A DNA stretch of 64,000 nucleotides from an uncultured Thermoleophilia bacterium (GTDB lineage Bacteria > Actinomycetota > Thermoleophilia > Solirubrobacterales > 70-9), in assembly GCA_963838145.1 (NCBI GenBank), contig CAWIPX010000005.1:18195-82194 (forward strand), read 5' to 3'. Under the pieces are notes generated by a model that searched no databases, had not been told where the DNA came from, and saw only the letters and a list, made by a program, of their open reading frames with translations. Shown piece after piece: positions 59,754-64,000 of the stretch. Position 1 is the stretch's first letter. Each line of letters opens with the position of its first letter. A program made the position numbers and the translations under genes.

Positions 59754-60062
59754 CTATTCCGATTCCACCGGGGTGAACTGGTACTCGACGTCGCCGTCGT
59801 CGCCGTCGGTGACCTCGCCGTTCGCCACCGCGGAGGTGCCGTCGCTGAACTCGAGCTGGCACTCGAACTCGGTCCCGGTCTCGCTCTCGATGTCATCGGG
59901 GCACGAGATCGACTCGACGGTGGCGTCGATGCCCGCATCGTCGACCTGCTCCTGGGCGTCGGTGCTCATCTCGTCCTCGAGCTTGTCGGTGTCGATGCCA
60001 CCGCAGGCGACGAGCGCCACGCTCGCCAAGAGCGCCACTGCCGAGGCCAGCCACTTCCGCAT
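59754..60062 (-). CDS. Small acidic lipoprotein (DUF4333-like)
   Basis: Lipobox LVACGG, with conserved Cys pattern SISCPDD ... FECQLEF. Intact. Confidence 0.6.
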   Translation of the reverse strand: MRKWLASAVALLASVALVACGGIDTDKLEDEMSTDAQEQVDDAGIDATVESISCPDDIESETGTEFECQLEFSDGTSAVANGEVTDGDDGDVEYQFTPVESE

Positions 60063-60102
60063 CTGCCTTCCTCCCTATCGACGTCGCTGAGCGCGCGGGA
60101 CG

Positions 60103-60801
60103 CTACCAGGGGATCGGGCTGCGCTCGCGGAAGAACCCGCCGCTCGGCCCGTCGTCGGGCAGGGTGGCGAGCCAGACCGCCGTGTCGGCGCCCTCCTCGA
60201 CCGGGAGGCGGGCTCCGCTCCCGCCCATGTCGGTCCTGACCCAGCCGGGGCAGACCGAGTTGACGAGGATGCCGCTGTCGGCCTCCTCGTTGGCGAAGAT
60301 CCGGGTGAGCGCGTTGAGGCCGGTCTTCGAGACGCGGTACGCGGGCGCGCCGCCTCCCATCTCGTCGAGCTGCCCCATGCCGCTCGAGAGGTTGACGATG
60401 CGGGGGTGGTCGCTGCGGCGCAGCAGCGGAATCATCGCCTGGGTCAGCCGCCAGGCGCCGAAGAAGTTGGTCTCGAGCAGCTCCTTGACGTCGTCGAGCG
60501 AGACGTCGGCGGCGCTGACGCCGTATTCGCCGGCCACGCCGGCGTTGTTGACGAGGACGTCGAGGCGGCCGGGGTCGTCGGCGACCGCGGCGCCGAGCCG
60601 GGAGACGCTCTCGGGATCGCTGACGTCGAGCTGGGCGGCGCGCGCCGAGACGCCCTCGGCCGATAGCTCCTCGGCCGTGCGCTCGGCGTCGCCGAGGTCG
60701 CGCGCGGTGACGATCACGTCGAAACCGTGGTCGCGGCCGAGCTGGCGCGCTATCTCGCGCCCGAGGCCGCGGTTCGAGCCGCTGATCAGGGCAACCGCCA
60801 T
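60103..60801 (-). CDS. Short-chain dehydrogenase/reductase (carbonyl-reductase-like)
   Basis: Motifs: ISGSNRGLGREIA, NNAGV, SSGMG, YRVSKTGLN. Intact. Confidence 0.88.
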   Translation of the reverse strand: MAVALISGSNRGLGREIARQLGRDHGFDVIVTARDLGDAERTAEELSAEGVSARAAQLDVSDPESVSRLGAAVADDPGRLDVLVNNAGVAGEYGVSAADVSLDDVKELLETNFFGAWRLTQAMIPLLRRSDHPRIVNLSSGMGQLDEMGGGAPAYRVSKTGLNALTRIFANEEADSGILVNSVCPGWVRTDMGGSGARLPVEEGADTAVWLATLPDDGPSGGFFRERSPIPW

Positions 60802-60807
60802 GCCATG

Positions 60808-60813
60808 AGCGTA
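60808..60813 (-). promoter_or_regulatory. -10-like TACGCT, 6 nt before the SDR ATG 60801 (leaderless-type)
   Basis: Immediately follows copy C of the 40-nt element. Confidence 0.4.
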
Positions 60814-60853
60814 GGGCGCGGCTCTGCCGCGACCAGCATGTGCCGTTGGGCAT
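60814..60853 (-). promoter_or_regulatory. Copy C of the recurrent 40-nt element
   Basis: The minus strand reads ATGCCCAACGGCACATGCTGGTCGCGGCAGAGCCGCGCCC. Confidence 0.65.
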
Positions 60854-60891
60854 TCCTGGAAAACTGGGGCGGCGCGTCAGACTAGGCCGCC

Positions 60892-62334
60892 GTGAACTTC
60901 GTAGAGGACGTGCTCGAGCGCTTCCCGGCGTCGAAGCCGGGCCTCGTCGCGATCGACCGCGACGGCCGGCGCCGGATCTGGCACTTCGGCGAGCTGTCGG
61001 CGCGCAGCGCCGGCCTGTCGGGCGCGCTGGCGGCGCGCGGCGTCGGGCGCGGGGACGTCGTGATGACGCTGATCGGGGACCGGCCGGAGTGGGTGCTCTC
61101 GATGCTCGCCTGCTTTCGCCTCGGCGCGATCGCCCTGCCCTGCAACCCGCAGCTGCGAAGCGCGGACCTCGCGCACAGGGTCGCGGCCGCGAATCCCAAG
61201 CTCGCGATCGGCGAGGCCGAGTACCTCACCGAGCTGCCGGGCGGCGTCGACGCGATCGACATGGACGACTTCGCCGCGATCCTCGACGAGGAGCGGCCCC
61301 AGGACCCTCCCGCCGAGCCCGCCGACCTGCGGCCCGCCGACCCGGCGCTGATCGTCTTCACATCGGGGACGACCTCGGCCGAGCCGCGCGGCGTCCTGCA
61401 CGCCCAGCGCTTCCTCACCGGCCAGAGCGTCCAGGCAAGGCACTGGTTCGGCGCCGAGGACGGAGAGCTCGCGTGGTGCACGGCAGCCCCGGGGTGGTCG
61501 AAGTCGGCGCGAAACGCGTTCATCGCGCCGTGGCTGTGCGGGGCGACGGCGCTGCTTCACGACGGGCGCTTCGACCCGGCGCAGCGGCTCGAGATCTGCG
61601 ACCGCGAGGGCGTGAACGTCCTCTGCCAGGCGCCGACGGAGTACCGCATGCTCGCCAAGCGCACCGAGATCCGCCCGATGCCGGCGATGCGGCGGATGGT
61701 CTCGGCGGGCGAGCCGCTCAACCCCGAGATCATCCGCGAGTTCCGCGAGCGCACCGGGCTCGGGATCCACGACGGCTACGGGCAGACCGAGACCGGGGCG
61801 CTGACGGGAAGCCTGGTCGGCGCCGAGGCGCCCGAGGGCGCGATGGGGCGGCCGCTGCCGGGCATCGAGCTCAGGGTCTCGGACGGCGAGCTCCAGGTCA
61901 GGCCCGAGAGCTGCCCGACCTTCTTCGACCGCTACCTCGACTCGGAGCCCTTCGGCGAGGAGTGGTGGCGTACCGGTGACTGCGTGACGCAGGACGACGA
62001 CGGCGTGCTCTGGTTCGAGGGCCGAAGCGACGACGTGATCATCTCGGCCGGCTACCGGATCGGCCCCTACGAGGTCGAGTCGGCGCTCGTCGCCCACCCC
62101 GCGGTCGCCGAGGCCGCCGCCGTCCCGGCGCCCGACGAGGAGCGCGGCTCGATCGTGCGCGCCGTCGTCGTGCTGCGCGACGGCGAGCCCGGGCCCGAGC
62201 TCGCCGGTGAGCTCCAGGAGCACGTCAAGCGCGTCACCGCGCCCTACAAGTACCCGCGCGTCGTCGAGTTCGCCGACTCGCTGCCGAAGACCGCGAGCGG
62301 CAAGATCCGCCGCGCCGCGCTGCGCGAGCCATGA
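60892..62334 (+). CDS. AMP-forming acyl-CoA synthetase (medium-chain type)
   Basis: Motifs: LIVFTSGTTSAEPRGVLH, GYGQTETG, WRTGD, GRSDDVIISAGYRIGPYEVE, LPKTASGKIRR. Intact. Confidence 0.88.
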   Translation: MNFVEDVLERFPASKPGLVAIDRDGRRRIWHFGELSARSAGLSGALAARGVGRGDVVMTLIGDRPEWVLSMLACFRLGAIALPCNPQLRSADLAHRVAAANPKLAIGEAEYLTELPGGVDAIDMDDFAAILDEERPQDPPAEPADLRPADPALIVFTSGTTSAEPRGVLHAQRFLTGQSVQARHWFGAEDGELAWCTAAPGWSKSARNAFIAPWLCGATALLHDGRFDPAQRLEICDREGVNVLCQAPTEYRMLAKRTEIRPMPAMRRMVSAGEPLNPEIIREFRERTGLGIHDGYGQTETGALTGSLVGAEAPEGAMGRPLPGIELRVSDGELQVRPESCPTFFDRYLDSEPFGEEWWRTGDCVTQDDDGVLWFEGRSDDVIISAGYRIGPYEVESALVAHPAVAEAAAVPAPDEERGSIVRAVVVLRDGEPGPELAGELQEHVKRVTAPYKYPRVVEFADSLPKTASGKIRRAALREP

Positions 62335-63536
62335 CGAGCATCCCCCGCCCCGGGGGCCGTTCGCTCTGGGCCTTCGCCGGGGTCTTCTCCGTCACGTTCC
62401 TGGCCCTGTTCTCGGTCGGGATCGTGCTGCCCGTCCTGCCGCTGTACATCAGGGGCCCGCTGGGGGCCGGGGACTTCGCGGTCGGCTTTCTCATCGGCGC
62501 CTTCGCGTTCACCGGGCTCGCCGGAAGGCCGATCGCCGGCTATCTCGCCGACACCCGCGGGCGCAGGCTGGTCGCGATGATCGGCTGCTCGCTCGCTGCC
62601 GTCGCCGGGATCCTCTACTTCGTTCCCGGGGGCATCCCGACGCTGCTGCTCTCGAGGCTCGTGCTCGGCGCGGGCGAGGGGATGGTGTTCACCGCCGGCG
62701 CCGCCTGGGTGGTCGACCTCGCGCCCGAGGATCGCCGCGGGCGCATCATCGGCCTCTACGGGCTCTCGGTCTGGACGGCGCTCAGCGCGGGCCCGCCGAT
62801 CGGGGACCTGCTCTATCGCGCCGTGGACTTCGAGGCGGTGTGGGCGGTCGCAACGGTGGTCCCGCTCGCCGCCGCGTTCGTCGCCTATCGGATTCCGGAG
62901 GGCTTTCGCCCCGACCATCCGCCCGAGCGCCGGGCGCTGATCGCGCCCGAGGCGCTCGGCCCCGGCGCCGCGCTCGCGCTGAAGACGTGGGGCTTCGCGG
63001 CGCTCGCGTCGTTCATCGTCCTGATGCTCGACGAGCGCGGCATCGGCCACGGCGCGGCCGCTTTCACCGCCTTCGCCGCGATGGTCGTGATCACGCGGCT
63101 CGTCGCCGGGGACCTGCCCGACCGGATCGGGCCGCTTCGCTGCGCGCTCGGCGCCGCGCTCGTCGAGGCGCTGGGCCTGTCGATCATCGCCGTCTCCGAC
63201 AGCCTCCAGGTCGCGATCGCGGGGGCGATGATCATGGGGGCGGCGTTCTCGACGCTGTATCCGGCGCTGTCGCTTCACGTCGTCAACCAGGTCCCGGCGA
63301 ACCGCCGCGGCGTCGCGCTCGGCACGTTCACGGCGTTCTTCGACGTCGGGATGGCGATCGGAAGCCCCATCGTCGGCGTCGCGGCGGCGCTCTGGGGCTA
63401 CGAGGCCGCGTTCTGGGTCGGCGCGGGCGCCGCGCTGGCAGCCGCCGGCGTCGTGCTCGTGCTCAAAAGAGGCTCGGCTGCTTCGCTTCCGGCGGCTTCT
63501 GCCGCGGGCTCGACTCCTCCGCGTTCTTCCGCTTGA
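62331..63536 (+). CDS. MFS transporter
   Basis: 12 predicted TM helices. GYLADTRGRR is the MFS loop 2-3 motif. Its ATG overlaps the upstream stop (ATGA). Confidence 0.85.
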   Translation: MTSIPRPGGRSLWAFAGVFSVTFLALFSVGIVLPVLPLYIRGPLGAGDFAVGFLIGAFAFTGLAGRPIAGYLADTRGRRLVAMIGCSLAAVAGILYFVPGGIPTLLLSRLVLGAGEGMVFTAGAAWVVDLAPEDRRGRIIGLYGLSVWTALSAGPPIGDLLYRAVDFEAVWAVATVVPLAAAFVAYRIPEGFRPDHPPERRALIAPEALGPGAALALKTWGFAALASFIVLMLDERGIGHGAAAFTAFAAMVVITRLVAGDLPDRIGPLRCALGAALVEALGLSIIAVSDSLQVAIAGAMIMGAAFSTLYPALSLHVVNQVPANRRGVALGTFTAFFDVGMAIGSPIVGVAAALWGYEAAFWVGAGAALAAAGVVLVLKRGSAASLPAASAAGSTPPRSSA

Positions 63537-64000
63537 CGCCGCGCCCACCGAACCCGCTCGGGCGCGGCGCGCCCGGCCTGCGGCGAAACCCCCTCGTCAG
63601 CGCGCCGAGCCGCTTCTTCTCCTCGCTCGGTAGATAGGCCCCGCGCTGGTAGAGCTCCTCGTAGTGGGGGACGAGGTCGGGCCGGTACTGGCGCAGCCAG
63701 TCGAAGAAGATGTCGCGGACGTCGCGGCGCAGGTGGAGGCCGATCCCGGTCACGTTCGCGGCGCCGTTCTCGCCGGCGATCTCGAGGATCTCCTCGACCT
63801 GGCGCGGATCGTCGTTGACGCCGGGGATCAGCGGCGCGACGAGGACGCTGCACGGGATCCCGTTGCGCGTCAGCTCGCCGACCGCCTCGAGGCGCTTGCG
63901 AGGGTGCGGCGTGTGGGGCTCGGTCTCGCGCCACGCGCGCTCGTCGATCGTCGGGATCGAGAGCGCGGTCGAGAACTCGGTGACCTCGCGGAGCTGACGG
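63463..64000 (-). CDS. Radical SAM protein, Rv2578c/SPL-like family; C-terminal part, continues past the window end
   Basis: PCSVLVAPLIPGVNDD ... GIGLHLRRDVRDIFFDWLRQYRPDLVPHYEELYQRGAYLP. The frame is open to the window edge. Confidence 0.6.
   Translation of the reverse strand, partial: RQLREVTEFSTALSIPTIDERAWRETEPHTPHPRKRLEAVGELTRNGIPCSVLVAPLIPGVNDDPRQVEEILEIAGENGAANVTGIGLHLRRDVRDIFFDWLRQYRPDLVPHYEELYQRGAYLPSEEKKRLGALTRGFRRRPGAPRPSGFGGRGVKRKNAEESSPRQKPPEAKQPSLF

Overview
This is a 64-kb, roughly 70% G+C chromosomal segment with actinobacterium-like gene content; I cannot assign a lineage without a database search. I call about 70 protein genes, two canonical tRNAs (Pro-GGG and Leu-CAA) and one defective tRNA-Gly(UCC)-like gene. 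I found no rRNA, CRISPR array, transposase or intact integrase.

Most of the window is core metabolism:
- An F420 module: npdG-cofD-cofC-cofE, fbiC, and an LLM oxidoreductase.
- A ketone-body/leucine module: acetoacetyl-CoA synthetase, an acyl-CoA carboxyltransferase, hbd and HMG-CoA lyase.
- A dispersed ethylmalonyl-CoA-type C2-assimilation set: ccr, ecm, a MaoC hydratase, an acyl-CoA dehydrogenase, a Chloroflexus-type malyl-CoA lyase, a thioesterase, pckG and a divergent SucCD-like ligase.
- A five-gene metal operon: multicopper oxidase, ZIP transporter, DtxR/MntR and two hypothetical proteins.

The only clearly accessory patch is 7.65-11.1 kb. It holds decayed tRNA-targeted insertions and a free-standing LAGLIDADG endonuclease-like gene.

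The most unusual signal is a ~40-nt element present three times (41444, 57341, and 60853 on the minus strand). All three copies lie in front of acyl-CoA metabolism genes, and one copy carries a compensatory change in its dyad.

Major caveat: about half of the conserved genes need one or more frame changes, mostly at short homopolymers. I read these as assembly indels rather than true pseudogenes. Coordinates of frameshifted CDSs are therefore approximate. All family assignments come from reading motifs by eye, not from searches.
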